Shown one piece after another: positions 25,334 through 35,565 of a stretch of 38,199 bases of DNA. The position numbers were made by a program, and so were the translations under genes. The notes below the pieces were generated by a model, which was given only the letters and a program-made list of their open reading frames with translations, did no database searches and had not been told where the DNA came from. The first letter of the stretch is position 1. Every line of letters begins with the position of its first letter. The stretch comes from a virus (lineage: Duplodnaviria; Caudoviricetes), in the IMG/VR virus record IMGVR_UViG_3300037458_000574, positions 1 to 38,199 of that record. The stretch is one strand, 5' to 3'.

Positions 25334-26412
25334 AAACCTTGGAGAAGACAACGGGAGCGGCGAAGAAATACAACCGCTTCGAGCCCATGAAGGTTTTGGC
25401 GCATTCCGAATCCATCCGGGCGATTGTCGCGGGGATTATTCCTTCCCCGGTGCAGTGGGTGATTTATCCGTCGAATGTTTGCGGCTACAAGTGCGGGCAT
25501 TGCATTATGAAGCGTGAGCAGGCCGACCACAGAAACACCTTGAGCGAGGCGGCGATGCTGAAGGTTCACGCCGATGCTGTCAAGTATGGGATTAAGTGCG
25601 TGATATTTTCCGGGGGCGGCGACCCGCTTTTGAACCGCTACACGCTGGCGACGGCGCGGAGGCTTAAGGACGCCGGGGTAAGTGTCGGAATCAATAATCA
25701 GGGTTATTTGTTGAACGACCCGACGCCCTTTGATTTTGTTCGGTTTTCCGTGGACGCGGCTTCGCGTGAAACTTATCAGGAGATCCACGGGGTGGACGGT
25801 TGGGAGCGCGTAAACAAAAACATTTCAAACCTTGCCGACCTCCGGGCTGGCGGCCTCAAAACTGAAATGGGCCTTGCCTTCCTTTTGACCCCAAAGAATT
25901 ACACCGAGACAATGGCGTTTTGCGAGTGGGCGCAAAAATTCAACCCTGACTTTATCCACATCCGCCCCGCATACCTCGACGCCGACTACATTCAAAAAGA
26001 ATACCCAGGCGGGGGGGTGGACATGAAAGAGCGCATCGTTCCCAGCCTAAAAGAGTTGGCGCGGGAAATCACGGCGCGATGGGATAACGTCTTTTTTCGC
26101 GTGGAGAAGTTCGACGGCTTTTGGACGCCGAAGCTCTACACGAAATGCCGAGCGACCCCATTAATCGCCGTAACGTCCGGGGACGGGGCTTTCCTGGTGT
26201 GCCAGGATAGGGGAATCTCACGGGATGAGGAATATCTCCGCTGGGGAAATTACAATACGCAGAGCTTTCGGGATATTTGGTGGAGTGAAGAGCATCGGCG
26301 GGTGCTGGACGGGATAGACCTTGACCGTTGCCCCAGGTGCGTCGAGGCGTCCTACAATGAAATTATCGAGCATGTTTTTGTTGACGATAAAATCAAGGTC
26401 AACCTACTATGA
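25330..26412 (+). CDS. Radical SAM enzyme with a SPASM/twitch domain
   Basis: CGYKCGHC (CxxxCxxC), FSGGGDPLL, RFSVDAA..ETY..IHG; C-terminal C...GDG...VC...GN....F.DIW...CPRC. Confidence 0.93.
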   Translation: MKTLEKTTGAAKKYNRFEPMKVLAHSESIRAIVAGIIPSPVQWVIYPSNVCGYKCGHCIMKREQADHRNTLSEAAMLKVHADAVKYGIKCVIFSGGGDPLLNRYTLATARRLKDAGVSVGINNQGYLLNDPTPFDFVRFSVDAASRETYQEIHGVDGWERVNKNISNLADLRAGGLKTEMGLAFLLTPKNYTETMAFCEWAQKFNPDFIHIRPAYLDADYIQKEYPGGGVDMKERIVPSLKELAREITARWDNVFFRVEKFDGFWTPKLYTKCRATPLIAVTSGDGAFLVCQDRGISRDEEYLRWGNYNTQSFRDIWWSEEHRRVLDGIDLDRCPRCVEASYNEIIEHVFVDDKIKVNLL

Positions 26413-27524
26413 AAATCTTTTATTTTGATCGTACCATGGGAGCCTGCGACTACTACCGAGCCGTGCTACCGTTAACGACCCTGCCGAAGGTTGATCCATC
26501 CGTCCAGGTTCAGACGATGACGAAGGCCGACTTGATGGCGGCGATTGAATCCGATAATCACACGAAGGTGATGGATTTGCTTGAAGCGGACATTGTGCTA
26601 CTGCCTCGCCTTGTGGAGACGCGTTTTTTAAACCAAATGCGGGAATTGAACAAGCGGGCAAAAATCGTCGTTGACTTCGACGATAATCTTTTCGCGGTGT
26701 CCCCTCTGTCTCCACACTACGTTGACCACGGGACGGAGAATGTGAAGATGACTTTCCCGAATGGCCAGACGCTTGATGTGTGGGCGGACGGCGTAAACAT
26801 TGACCTTGCCAAAAATCGGGCGACCTTGGAAGAGGTCAAAAAAGTCCTAGGTCAAGTTGACCTTATCACGGTTACGACGGACATACTGGCGAACGCATAC
26901 CGCCCTCACGCTAAAAAGATTCTTCCCCTTCCAAACTGTATAGACGCGGGGCTTTGGAAGCGGCTCCCGTTCCAGCCGCGGGGCGACGTGCGGATGGGGT
27001 GGTTTGGGGGCCATTCGCATTATGAGGATTGGACGCTTTTGACCGATGTCCTTCCCGTGGTGATGGAGAAATTCCCGCTTTTAAAGCTGGTCATTATGGG
27101 GACGAAGTTCGAGGGGACGGTAAAGAAACTTCCGGCGGACAGGATAGAGTTTCACCCGTGGGTGCCAACCCAGGCCTATCACTACAAGGCGGCGATTCTT
27201 GACCTTGACTTCGCAGTTATTCCGCTCCGGGACACCGTTTTCAATGCGTGCAAGAGCAATATCAAATGGGTGGAGATGGGCGCCTTGGAGGTTCCGGCGG
27301 CTGTCTCTTACGTAAGCCCCTACGCCGAACACGCGGAAGACGGCAACGGGGTTTGGATTGAATCAAACGACGCGGACGGATGGGTTAAAGGCATATCCAT
27401 GCTTGCGGAAAGCCCGAAGCTCCGGGCGCAGGTGGGAGCGGAAGCGCGAAAGACGGTAATGGAAAAATTTGAAATCCACGGGCAAGCCCATCAATGGGGC
27501 GACGCCTACAAGGGGATACTCTAA
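26409..27524 (+). CDS. Glycosyltransferase, GT-B fold (GT4-like)
   Basis: GAC.YYR...P, VDFDDNLF, VTTD.LA, LPNCID, MGWFGGHSH.ED, IPL.D..FN.CKSNIKW.E. Confidence 0.9.
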   Translation: MKIFYFDRTMGACDYYRAVLPLTTLPKVDPSVQVQTMTKADLMAAIESDNHTKVMDLLEADIVLLPRLVETRFLNQMRELNKRAKIVVDFDDNLFAVSPLSPHYVDHGTENVKMTFPNGQTLDVWADGVNIDLAKNRATLEEVKKVLGQVDLITVTTDILANAYRPHAKKILPLPNCIDAGLWKRLPFQPRGDVRMGWFGGHSHYEDWTLLTDVLPVVMEKFPLLKLVIMGTKFEGTVKKLPADRIEFHPWVPTQAYHYKAAILDLDFAVIPLRDTVFNACKSNIKWVEMGALEVPAAVSYVSPYAEHAEDGNGVWIESNDADGWVKGISMLAESPKLRAQVGAEARKTVMEKFEIHGQAHQWGDAYKGIL

Positions 27525-28420
27525 TGGCTACGGCTACACCTCCGATTTTATCTTCTTTGGTTTTGGAATCTTTGAAACGGGCCGGGTATGCAAATCCTAG
27601 CGCAGACCTACAATCGCGGGCTACTGAGCGATGGATTGAGGAAATCAAAAGCGAGTTGTGGGCCAGGGCGCGGAACCTCAAGGCCCTACAATCCAAATCA
27701 ATAACGGTTCTGACGAAGGGCATAGCGCAATACGCCAACCCGTCCGATTACGCCTCCGACATGTCCATGGTATTCGCGTCCGGGGCCCGCTACGGGGCGG
27801 CCCAGGCCGGCACGACGGCCTCTATCACCCTGGCGGCTACCGACACGGGCACGGAATCCGACACGATTGGGCGGGAGGTTGCGATAACGTCCGGCACGGG
27901 GCTGGGTGGAATCTCTACCATTTCCGCTTTCAATACCACATCCAAACTCGCCACGTTTACCCCGGCGGTTACAACGGCCCCCGTGCTGAGTTCGGGATAC
28001 GTGATTCTTGACGATTACCGCCCGATGCGCGAAATGCCGCTATGGGATCACTCCAAAACATTGATGAGCCAAAACAAAGGCTACCCCGAGGCGTTTTTTC
28101 CTCTCGGGGATTCCTCTAACGGACAATTTCTTCTTGACCCAAAGCCCTGGCGCGAAGATAGCCAGCCTATGATAATCATTCACCGCTACCAGGCCGACCT
28201 GACGGAAGCAGATTCCACGGGGACGCTTTTATTGACCCTATATCAAAAATGGCAACCCCTCTGGATCTCTGGCCTTCGCTGGAAGTGCCTACAAAACGAT
28301 GATGATGACCGCGCTCCGTCGGCTTTCCAAGAATATCAGAAGTCCATGCGGGACATTATGAACGCCGAGATTTACGGCAATACGATTAGCGACCTGCGGG
28401 TGCAGGTTCAGGACTACTAA
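27524..28420 (+). CDS. Head-tail adaptor/connector with an inserted S/T-rich beta domain
   Basis: Helical N- and C-termini, Y.NPSDY and GYPEAF motifs; position before the nozzle gene. Confidence 0.65.
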   Translation: MATATPPILSSLVLESLKRAGYANPSADLQSRATERWIEEIKSELWARARNLKALQSKSITVLTKGIAQYANPSDYASDMSMVFASGARYGAAQAGTTASITLAATDTGTESDTIGREVAITSGTGLGGISTISAFNTTSKLATFTPAVTTAPVLSSGYVILDDYRPMREMPLWDHSKTLMSQNKGYPEAFFPLGDSSNGQFLLDPKPWREDSQPMIIIHRYQADLTEADSTGTLLLTLYQKWQPLWISGLRWKCLQNDDDDRAPSAFQEYQKSMRDIMNAEIYGNTISDLRVQVQDY

Positions 28421-28421
28421 C

Positions 28422-29969
28422 ATGGGCTACGCTGGACAGACCTTTTTGATTCCACAGTCCGCGGGCGGGTTCCAATACCGCTACGATCTGGAATATGTTG
28501 AGCCGACCATGCTGGTGGGGGAAAGCCGGAATTTTAACCTTCACCGGGACGGGCGGCAGAAGCGCGGCGGGACCATTAAAACAAATTATGACCCATCTAT
28601 GGGGACAAGCAAAATCCTAGGTCTATTTGATTTTCGTCTACAAGGAAAAAGTTTTCAGGTCTTCAGTATGGCAAACGGTAATTTATATTTTAATACGCCG
28701 CTTGTGTTGTATTCTGGCCTTTCAACAACAAATTATACGAGCTTTGTTGTTTTTAATGATGAGCTTTATTTTTGCGACGGAGAAACAGAACCAAGGACAT
28801 GGGATGGAAATGATAGTTACCCCGTGTCTTACCCTCTCACAACCCCCGCGCTTGACTGGACAGGGACAAACCAGCCTTTTCAATTTATTGTCCACGGGCG
28901 TGGAAATTCCCGCCGTCTTTGGGCCTTAATGAAAAACGGGGTTTACTTTTCCAGCACGGGGGACGGGAAAGAGTTTGACGGCGGGTCGAGCGGGTTAATC
29001 ACGATTGAGACAGGCGATGCCTTCGGGCTTGTTGGCGGCGTTGAATTTGGCGACCGCCTCATTGTGTTTTCTCGGACAAAGGCTTTCATCATTGATGACG
29101 AAGACGCGGATTCCGGGAATTGGGGTTATCAGGCCGCGCAGTGGGAAGGCGGGGCGGCCCATTGGCGGCTTATCGTGAAGACACCCAATGATGTGGCTGT
29201 CATGACGGAAGACGGGGACATTTACAGCTTCAGCGCGGTGCAGTCCTACGGAGACTACAAGCAGGCGTCCATAGCCCGCCCTGCCTACATTGATACCTTC
29301 CTCAAAGAAAAAGCCGTCATGTCGAAAATTGAGGACTTCCACGCCATTTATGACCCGACGCTCCGGGCGATAAAATTTTTCATATCAGTCAACGACGCGA
29401 CAAAAAACGACACGGGCCTGGTGTATTTCATTGACCGTTCCCCCGACCAGGCCTGGGCGATTCACGATAACAGGGATTACGCATCGGGGTATAACGCAAG
29501 TTGTTCGGCCTTGGTTCGGACGGCCCCGGCGACGTATTACGTTTATACGGGCGGATATGATGGGTTCATTTGGAAGCTGGAAGATTCAGGATATGAAGAT
29601 GACGGCAATACTTACCCCCTTGTCTTAAGAACGCCGCGCCTCATCATGGGCGACGTGCGGCGCATGAAAGAATTTAAGCGGGCGATTTATACTGTGATGG
29701 GGGCGCAGGATGTTTCTTTCGACATAAAAATCATCGTGGACGGCGAAGACAACATTTCCGAAGAGTTCACGACAACGGCCTCCGCGTGGGATCAGTCCCT
29801 TTTTGATGAGGCCCTTTTCGACTACACCTTTCCCGTGCGTGAATCTTTCGACATTGGGCAGAAGGGGCGGACGCTGGAAATCGAACTGCAACATGAAACC
29901 ATTAACCAGCCCATCATGCTTTCGAGTTTCATGATTGATTTTAAGATGCTGGGCGCGGCCCCGAAGTAG
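28422..29969 (+). CDS. Tail nozzle / DNA stabilisation protein (P22 gp10-like beta-propeller)
   Basis: N-terminal G...KRGG motif, repeated beta blades, 515 aa, podovirus synteny. Confidence 0.75.
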   Translation: MGYAGQTFLIPQSAGGFQYRYDLEYVEPTMLVGESRNFNLHRDGRQKRGGTIKTNYDPSMGTSKILGLFDFRLQGKSFQVFSMANGNLYFNTPLVLYSGLSTTNYTSFVVFNDELYFCDGETEPRTWDGNDSYPVSYPLTTPALDWTGTNQPFQFIVHGRGNSRRLWALMKNGVYFSSTGDGKEFDGGSSGLITIETGDAFGLVGGVEFGDRLIVFSRTKAFIIDDEDADSGNWGYQAAQWEGGAAHWRLIVKTPNDVAVMTEDGDIYSFSAVQSYGDYKQASIARPAYIDTFLKEKAVMSKIEDFHAIYDPTLRAIKFFISVNDATKNDTGLVYFIDRSPDQAWAIHDNRDYASGYNASCSALVRTAPATYYVYTGGYDGFIWKLEDSGYEDDGNTYPLVLRTPRLIMGDVRRMKEFKRAIYTVMGAQDVSFDIKIIVDGEDNISEEFTTTASAWDQSLFDEALFDYTFPVRESFDIGQKGRTLEIELQHETINQPIMLSSFMIDFKMLGAAPK

Positions 29970-29978
29970 GAGGATTTT

Positions 29979-30587
29979 ATGACTCTAGCGGTATCCCATA
30001 ATTTTCAACCTCGGCAGGTCATTCGTTCGTCGGAAGTTAACACGGACATAAACGAAATTGTCTCATACGTGAATGACCTCGAAGACACGCTGACAAGCGA
30101 TATTTACGCCCTGATTCCTGCCGGGACAAAGATGGTCTTTTACCAGGCTTCGGCTCCCGCCGGGTGGACGCTTGTAAATGTTGATGATAAGTTTCTCCGC
30201 GTCGTAAACGGCGGAGGTGGTGGGACGGGCGGCACAGTGGCCGCTTCGACTTCTTTGGCGCACACGCATACAGTAGCAAGCCACGACCACACGCTTGCTT
30301 CACATACACATTCAATCCCAAACATCAACCTTGACACGGACGGGACAACAAGCAGTTCTGCTTCTGATCCTTATGCCGGTGCTTATGCTGACGTAAACGG
30401 TGAAGGGTCGAGTTTGCTTAGTTACAAAAACACAGGCGGCTCAGTTGCTGTTCATTTTTTAAAAGGAAGAACAGCTACATCAACAAGCGGAGCGGCTTCC
30501 GGGAATACCGGCGCGGCGACACCATCTACAGATTCACAGCTAGGTGTATTTGCTTATGCCGACGTCATTATTTGTTCAAAGGATTGA
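29979..30587 (+). CDS. Short tail fiber with a collar-like domain and His-rich tip
   Basis: IPAGTKMVFYQASAPAGWT...DKFLRVV; HTH/HDH/HTH repeats; YADVIICSKD end. Confidence 0.8.
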   Translation: MTLAVSHNFQPRQVIRSSEVNTDINEIVSYVNDLEDTLTSDIYALIPAGTKMVFYQASAPAGWTLVNVDDKFLRVVNGGGGGTGGTVAASTSLAHTHTVASHDHTLASHTHSIPNINLDTDGTTSSSASDPYAGAYADVNGEGSSLLSYKNTGGSVAVHFLKGRTATSTSGAASGNTGAATPSTDSQLGVFAYADVIICSKD

Positions 30588-30589
30588 AG

Positions 30590-30895
30590 ATGAGCATTTG
30601 CCCCTTCATGTCTTCGGTTGTTCAAAAAGATTGTGTGGAGGGGAAATGCCGAATGTGGACTCACCTACTCGGAAAGAATCCGCAGGGGGAAGGAACGGTT
30701 GACAAGTTCGGATGCGCGCTTGAGTTCCTTCCGATTCTTTTGGTGGAAAACGCGCAGATGATGAGAATGGCGGCGGCCTCAACGGATAAAGTGGCGAACC
30801 AAGTGGCGACGGGAAATAAGATTTTAGGGCAAGCCCGTCAAATGGCGATTGAAAACCGGGTGGAGAAATTGCTTGTTGAGAAACGCGAAGGATAG
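30590..30895 (+). CDS. Conserved fiber-associated Cys-containing protein
   Basis: CPF...C....C..W....GKNPQ.......GCA...LP.LL.ENAQ. Confidence 0.7.
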   Translation: MSICPFMSSVVQKDCVEGKCRMWTHLLGKNPQGEGTVDKFGCALEFLPILLVENAQMMRMAAASTDKVANQVATGNKILGQARQMAIENRVEKLLVEKREG

Positions 30896-31259
30896 CGACA
30901 TGCCGGAGCTTGTAGAAATGTTGCGGGCGGAAGGGCTGGATGACAAGGACATGGACTTTCACCGCTCGGCGACGTGGGTTGTAGATGAAGACGGGGTAAA
31001 GGGATTCTTCAGCTTGAGGATGGAGCATAACATGCCTTACCTGGTTCACTTCTGTGTTAAGCGGGCGGATCGTTGCCATGCCCTGGCGCGGCGGTTGGTG
31101 ATGGCATTTAAGAACGTGGTGAAGTCCCTCGGGTATGGCAAGGCAATTATCAATACCCCGACGGAAAACGATTTCCTGAATCGGTTAGTAAGCCGTTACT
31201 TCAAAGCGCGGCCCTACTCGACGGATGGCGTGGTTAAATTCTATTTAGCGGAGGTCTAA
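30849..31259 (+). CDS. GNAT-fold protein of the podovirus tail/ejection module (true start probably about 25 nt downstream)
   Basis: LRNAKDSDMPEL...GVKGFF...HFCVKRADRCHALARRLV. Confidence 0.7.
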   Translation: MKTGWRNCLLRNAKDSDMPELVEMLRAEGLDDKDMDFHRSATWVVDEDGVKGFFSLRMEHNMPYLVHFCVKRADRCHALARRLVMAFKNVVKSLGYGKAIINTPTENDFLNRLVSRYFKARPYSTDGVVKFYLAEV

Positions 31260-31260
31260 C

Positions 31261-32040
31261 ATGGCCGGAGGCGGAAGCGCACCATCAGCACCGCAGATGT
31301 CGAAAGAAGAAAAAAATTTATTACAAAAACAAGCGGCGATACTTGACCAGTTAAACGCGATTTACGGTTCAAGCATCACGGGAGCGAAGGAAAACGAGGA
31401 TATCCTTAAACGCATTTCCGGGCTCTACACCACGAACGCCGACGGGACGTTATCGCTTAATGAAGAATCTGTCAAGAAACAACAGGAGCTTGCCCAGATT
31501 CAGCTCGACCGCTACGAACGGGCCTTGCGCGGGGATGCGCCCGTTAGCGAGGGGACGCGGCAGAGGAAGGCCGACGAGTTCAAGCTCTTAAAAGAAAACG
31601 CCGCCCGACGGGGGATTAACATTTCCGGGGAAGACCTGGACTCCGCTACCAGTGATTCGACTGCTGGCGCGGCACTCCTGGGGCAGTTCAAGCGTTCCTA
31701 CGGACTGCTGGAGGATTCGGAGCGGCGCGGCGAATTGGCGGGTGGGGTAAATTCTAGCCTCTCATTGATGGGCGCGGCGCAAGGGGCGGGCCCTGCCGCC
31801 CTTCTGGGCGTCGGCGGCGGTCTGGCGACTAGTTACGGCCAAGCGGCGGCCCCATATCAAAATCAGCGGATGCTGGAATATCAAGCGGCCCTTGGGCAGT
31901 ATGGGTATAACCAACAGGGGAAGGCCGGGGTGATAGGTTCCGGCCTTGCCGGGGCTGGCATCGGCGCATCGGTTGGAGGTGTTCCGGGGGCTCTCATTGG
32001 CGGCGCAGGCGGTTTACTCGCAGGCGCGTTAGGACGATAG
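31261..32040 (+). CDS. Internal virion / DNA ejection protein 1
   Basis: MAGGGSAP start, helical body, Gly/Ala-rich hydrophobic C-terminus. Confidence 0.7.
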   Translation: MAGGGSAPSAPQMSKEEKNLLQKQAAILDQLNAIYGSSITGAKENEDILKRISGLYTTNADGTLSLNEESVKKQQELAQIQLDRYERALRGDAPVSEGTRQRKADEFKLLKENAARRGINISGEDLDSATSDSTAGAALLGQFKRSYGLLEDSERRGELAGGVNSSLSLMGAAQGAGPAALLGVGGGLATSYGQAAAPYQNQRMLEYQAALGQYGYNQQGKAGVIGSGLAGAGIGASVGGVPGALIGGAGGLLAGALGR

Positions 32041-32049
32041 GAGGCTATC

Positions 32050-33126
32050 ATGGCGACTTTCCCAGGTGGAATAGAGATTAACCCGCCGAACTCGGCGATA
32101 GTTCCGGGGCTTATGAACGCGACGGCTCTTTACTCGCAGATTCAGGAGATCAAGGCGCAACGGGCGGAGTTGGAGAATAAAAAAATGGAATCCCGCTATG
32201 ACATGGGGATGAAATTATTGACTGATCCAAAGCTCCCGGCGTCCATCAAAGCCAAGGCGTATGCGAACGGAATCCGGCCGTATCTGGAAAAAATGAATCC
32301 CGGCCAAACGATGGACTTAACAGAGCAGGATTTTTACGGTGAGGATATAAACTCACTGATTGACGAAATCCGGCCCATCTATGAATCCAAGGATTATACG
32401 GCGGAGCAAAAGAAAGCCATGATGTCCATTCCCGTCGCTAAGTGGCAATCGCGCTTTGGAATGAACAAAGAGGCGGCCTCGACCTTGTTGGGGGGAATGG
32501 GGATGGAGCTTGACCCCGAAAAACTGAAAGCCTCCACGGAAGCCGTGGACGCTTTGCGAAAGGAGTTTACGTCCCTTCCGCAGGTCAAGGACTTCCAAAC
32601 CGTCTCGGCGGCATACCAGAAGATTCGCGGGGGAGCTAAACAGGATTCGGCGGCGGGTGATTTGTCGCTCATCTTCTCTTACATGAAATTGCTAGACCCT
32701 GGGTCGGTAGTTCGTGAGGGAGAATTTGCCAACGCGCAAAACTCGGCGGGCGTCCCTGACAGGATTCGCGCAAAATATAATCAGGTCTTGCGAGGCGAAC
32801 GGTTGGCCCCGGCGCAACGCCAGGACTTTTTGCAGACGGCGGACACAATATACAAAGGGCAAGAAAAGTATATCGGCGCGATTGAATCACAATTTCAAAA
32901 CCTAGCAAAAGCCCGTGGCCTTGGCGCGGACATGGCAACGCTGAACCTTCGACTTCCTGAAGAAATGCCGATAATGATAGATCAACAGGCTCCCGTTGTG
33001 CCGCCAACTGATGTTAAGCCTATGCCTCCCCCGGTTGGTGGCCCAAAGCCTGGAACGGTTGAGGGTGGTTATAGGTTCAAGGGCGGCGACCCCGGCAAGG
33101 CGGCGAATTGGGAGAAAGTGAAATGA
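32050..33126 (+). CDS. Internal virion / DNA ejection protein 2
   Basis: AGDLSLIFSYMKLLDPGSVVREGEFA motif; C-terminal GYRFKGGDP....NWEKV. Confidence 0.72.
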   Translation: MATFPGGIEINPPNSAIVPGLMNATALYSQIQEIKAQRAELENKKMESRYDMGMKLLTDPKLPASIKAKAYANGIRPYLEKMNPGQTMDLTEQDFYGEDINSLIDEIRPIYESKDYTAEQKKAMMSIPVAKWQSRFGMNKEAASTLLGGMGMELDPEKLKASTEAVDALRKEFTSLPQVKDFQTVSAAYQKIRGGAKQDSAAGDLSLIFSYMKLLDPGSVVREGEFANAQNSAGVPDRIRAKYNQVLRGERLAPAQRQDFLQTADTIYKGQEKYIGAIESQFQNLAKARGLGADMATLNLRLPEEMPIMIDQQAPVVPPTDVKPMPPPVGGPKPGTVEGGYRFKGGDPGKAANWEKVK

Positions 33127-34571
33127 GCGGCCCCTGGGAAAAATACGCCAAGGCGAGTCCAGCTCAAGCGGATGGCCCCTGGCAGAAGTATGCGGCGACT
33201 GTTGCGGAACCACAAAGGCCAGGAAGTACACTAGCGGCCATGGCTGTAAAGGCAATGGCACCTATACAGGCTAGGCCAGTTCCAGCTGGAAGCGAAGCAA
33301 GCGTTGTCTCTCAGTGGGCTCAGAGGCTGGGGGGTGATACCTTGGAGATGGCGGCTCCGCCGCTTTCTTTGGAAGGTCTTGGCCGTGCGTTAAACCCAAA
33401 CTTTGGGAGCTATGGGCCAAACAGAATGGGACAGGAAGTGATTTCAGCGGGGAGAGAAGACATAGAAAGAGCTTTCCCCAACATGCCAGGACGTTCTTTC
33501 CTGCCGTCGGTTGCTGGCATGAGTCCGCAGGACATTCAGACCGCCGCCGCATTTGGAGCGGCGATTAAGGGCGGGCAGTCTGTGATTAAAAAAGTTGTCC
33601 CTGCTATTGGAAAACGTCTCATTGGGACAGTATCACCAGCGACGGGTGAACAGATTGATGAACTCTACAAAAACCCGGCAGGCGTAAAAAACGCCATGAC
33701 CCGCGAACAGCTAGGTGCTTCGGTTGTTGCTAGTCAAAATAAGCTTGCAAAACAAATCGCAAGCCTTGAAAGCAAAGCGAACAAAACACTAAGCGACGCG
33801 CCGACAATTGCTAAAGAAGAACTTATTGATCTGTTTCACAAAATCAAAACAAAGTTTGTTGGGTCGGGTTCTATGCCTATATCGAAATCCGCTAAAGCGG
33901 CCATGCGTTCAGTTGACGATGCGCTTGACGGAATAATGACGCTTAATGGCGAGGCTGAAAAAATAAGCGAGGCGCAACTAAAGGATGTGTTGAGCCAATT
34001 CAAAAACCTTCCTTGGGATGACCCGGCGGCCAATGTGGAAAAGGAAATCCGAAAGACATTGGATGGCGTTTTGAAAACAAAAAACCGGGGTTATGCCGAG
34101 GCCATGGTTGATGTGGCGGATAGAGTCAAACTTCAAAAACTTGTTGAGAAAAAACTTTCATTAAAATATGACCCTTCTACAGGGACGTATGCCACAGACA
34201 CAACGGCAGGTAAATGGACTCCCAGGCTTCTTGAGGGGCAACGCCCGGAAACATCACAAGCACTAAAAAAACTTGCCGATTACACGGGCAACGACGTACT
34301 CAATAAAGCCCGCTTAACGAATATCAAAGAGGCATTTACAGGTGCGAAAATTACTGGCTCCCGGCTTGTACAACTTGGCCGCCACCTCGCGGGAACTCCA
34401 GGGGCAATGGCTGGCGCATTAATCGACAAGGCTGGCGGTCGGATTTCAATGGCATTGGTTGACGCTCTCCGTGGGGCGGTGAACACTATAGGGAAACCGC
34501 TTGACCGCGCAAACGCTTATTTGTTGTTGAGGTCTATTCAGAATGCGGATGCGGCAAATCAAACAAAATGA
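33123..34571 (+). CDS. Internal virion / DNA ejection protein 3
   Basis: Duplicated GPW(E/Q)KYA N-terminal motif; A/K-rich helical protein. Confidence 0.7.
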   Translation: MSGPWEKYAKASPAQADGPWQKYAATVAEPQRPGSTLAAMAVKAMAPIQARPVPAGSEASVVSQWAQRLGGDTLEMAAPPLSLEGLGRALNPNFGSYGPNRMGQEVISAGREDIERAFPNMPGRSFLPSVAGMSPQDIQTAAAFGAAIKGGQSVIKKVVPAIGKRLIGTVSPATGEQIDELYKNPAGVKNAMTREQLGASVVASQNKLAKQIASLESKANKTLSDAPTIAKEELIDLFHKIKTKFVGSGSMPISKSAKAAMRSVDDALDGIMTLNGEAEKISEAQLKDVLSQFKNLPWDDPAANVEKEIRKTLDGVLKTKNRGYAEAMVDVADRVKLQKLVEKKLSLKYDPSTGTYATDTTAGKWTPRLLEGQRPETSQALKKLADYTGNDVLNKARLTNIKEAFTGAKITGSRLVQLGRHLAGTPGAMAGALIDKAGGRISMALVDALRGAVNTIGKPLDRANAYLLLRSIQNADAANQTK

Positions 34572-34969
34572 CAGAAAATAGTTTTTCCGGCCCGGAGCGT
34601 AGGGAACAAAGGCCGGACTACTGCTACCAAGACCATTTGTCCCTTTCCCGTCGGGTGGGCGACATTGAGACGAAATGCGACGTCATACGGGCGGAGTTTA
34701 TGGGCGTAAAAGACCAGGTTTTTAACATGCAAAGCATGATGGTTACCGTCGGAAAGAACACATCGGAGATGACAACCGTTGCGAAGGTTCTAGAATCGCG
34801 AATGGCGGGAATAGAAAACATGATGTCAATAATTCACAAATACGAATCTGCGGGCGGGTTTGCGGAAACGGCAAAACGCATCGGCGCGGTGCTGGCCGTT
34901 ATTGTTCAAATCGGAACGCTCGGCGGGATGGTGTGGGCGTTGTTGATGCTGGCAAAGAGGATACCGTGA
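34568..34969 (+). CDS. Coiled-coil protein with a C-terminal TM helix (lysis module, holin-like)
   Basis: GPERR motif, coiled coil, hydrophobic C-terminus; upstream of the endolysin. Confidence 0.55.
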   Translation: MTENSFSGPERREQRPDYCYQDHLSLSRRVGDIETKCDVIRAEFMGVKDQVFNMQSMMVTVGKNTSEMTTVAKVLESRMAGIENMMSIIHKYESAGGFAETAKRIGAVLAVIVQIGTLGGMVWALLMLAKRIP

Positions 34970-35121
34970 ACATCGTCTGCCGACGGTGCGGCCATACGTT
35001 TTTCGCCGAAAACGACAAATTGCCAAATCGGGATTTGTGCCGTCGGTGTAGGCTGGTGGTGGACGTGCCGGAAGATGACAGGAAGCCCTGGGAACTCCCG
35101 CAGGACATTGGGGAGGGATGA
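34966..35121 (+). CDS. Small zinc-finger protein
   Basis: GTGA overlap; CRRCGH...CRRC. Confidence 0.55.
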   Translation: MNIVCRRCGHTFFAENDKLPNRDLCRRCRLVVDVPEDDRKPWELPQDIGEG

Positions 35122-35124
35122 CAC

Positions 35125-35490
35125 ATGCCAAAATTCGGCTCTCGCTCCCGGAAAGAATTGAAGTCCGCTCACCCGGATTTACAGCGGCTTTTTAACGAGG
35201 TGATTAAGGAATTTGATTGCGCCGTCCTTTGCGGCCATCGGGGGCGGGCTGACCAGGATAAGGCTTTTCAGGGCGGATTCTCCAAGGTTCGATGGCCGAA
35301 TTCTAAGCACAACAAGACGCCATCACTTGCTTGCGATGTCATGCCGCATCCGCTCGACTGGAAAGACAGGGAAAGGCTTAACGCCTTCGCGGTTGTTGTG
35401 AAGGACGTGGCGAAGCGGCTAGGCATTAAAATCAGATGGGGCGGGGACTTCAAAACGTTTTTCGACGGGCCTCATTGGGAGTTAATTTGA
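35125..35490 (+). CDS. Endolysin, peptidase M15 family (L-Ala-D-Glu peptidase-like)
   Basis: GHRG...Q, SKHN...SLACD (SxH...D), WGGDF, DGPHWEL. Confidence 0.92.
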   Translation: MPKFGSRSRKELKSAHPDLQRLFNEVIKEFDCAVLCGHRGRADQDKAFQGGFSKVRWPNSKHNKTPSLACDVMPHPLDWKDRERLNAFAVVVKDVAKRLGIKIRWGGDFKTFFDGPHWELI

Positions 35491-35565
35491 AGTGGTCGGA
35501 GGCTTTTGAAAAGTTGCGGATCGGCTGGACGTGGACGCTACCGACGTTCGGAAGGAGAAACGAAC

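Noticed and set aside
30849-31259. GNAT toxin or resistance acetyltransferase
   Set aside because: A GNAT-fold gene between the tail and ejection genes is a usual part of podovirus modules, and no antitoxin partner is evident.
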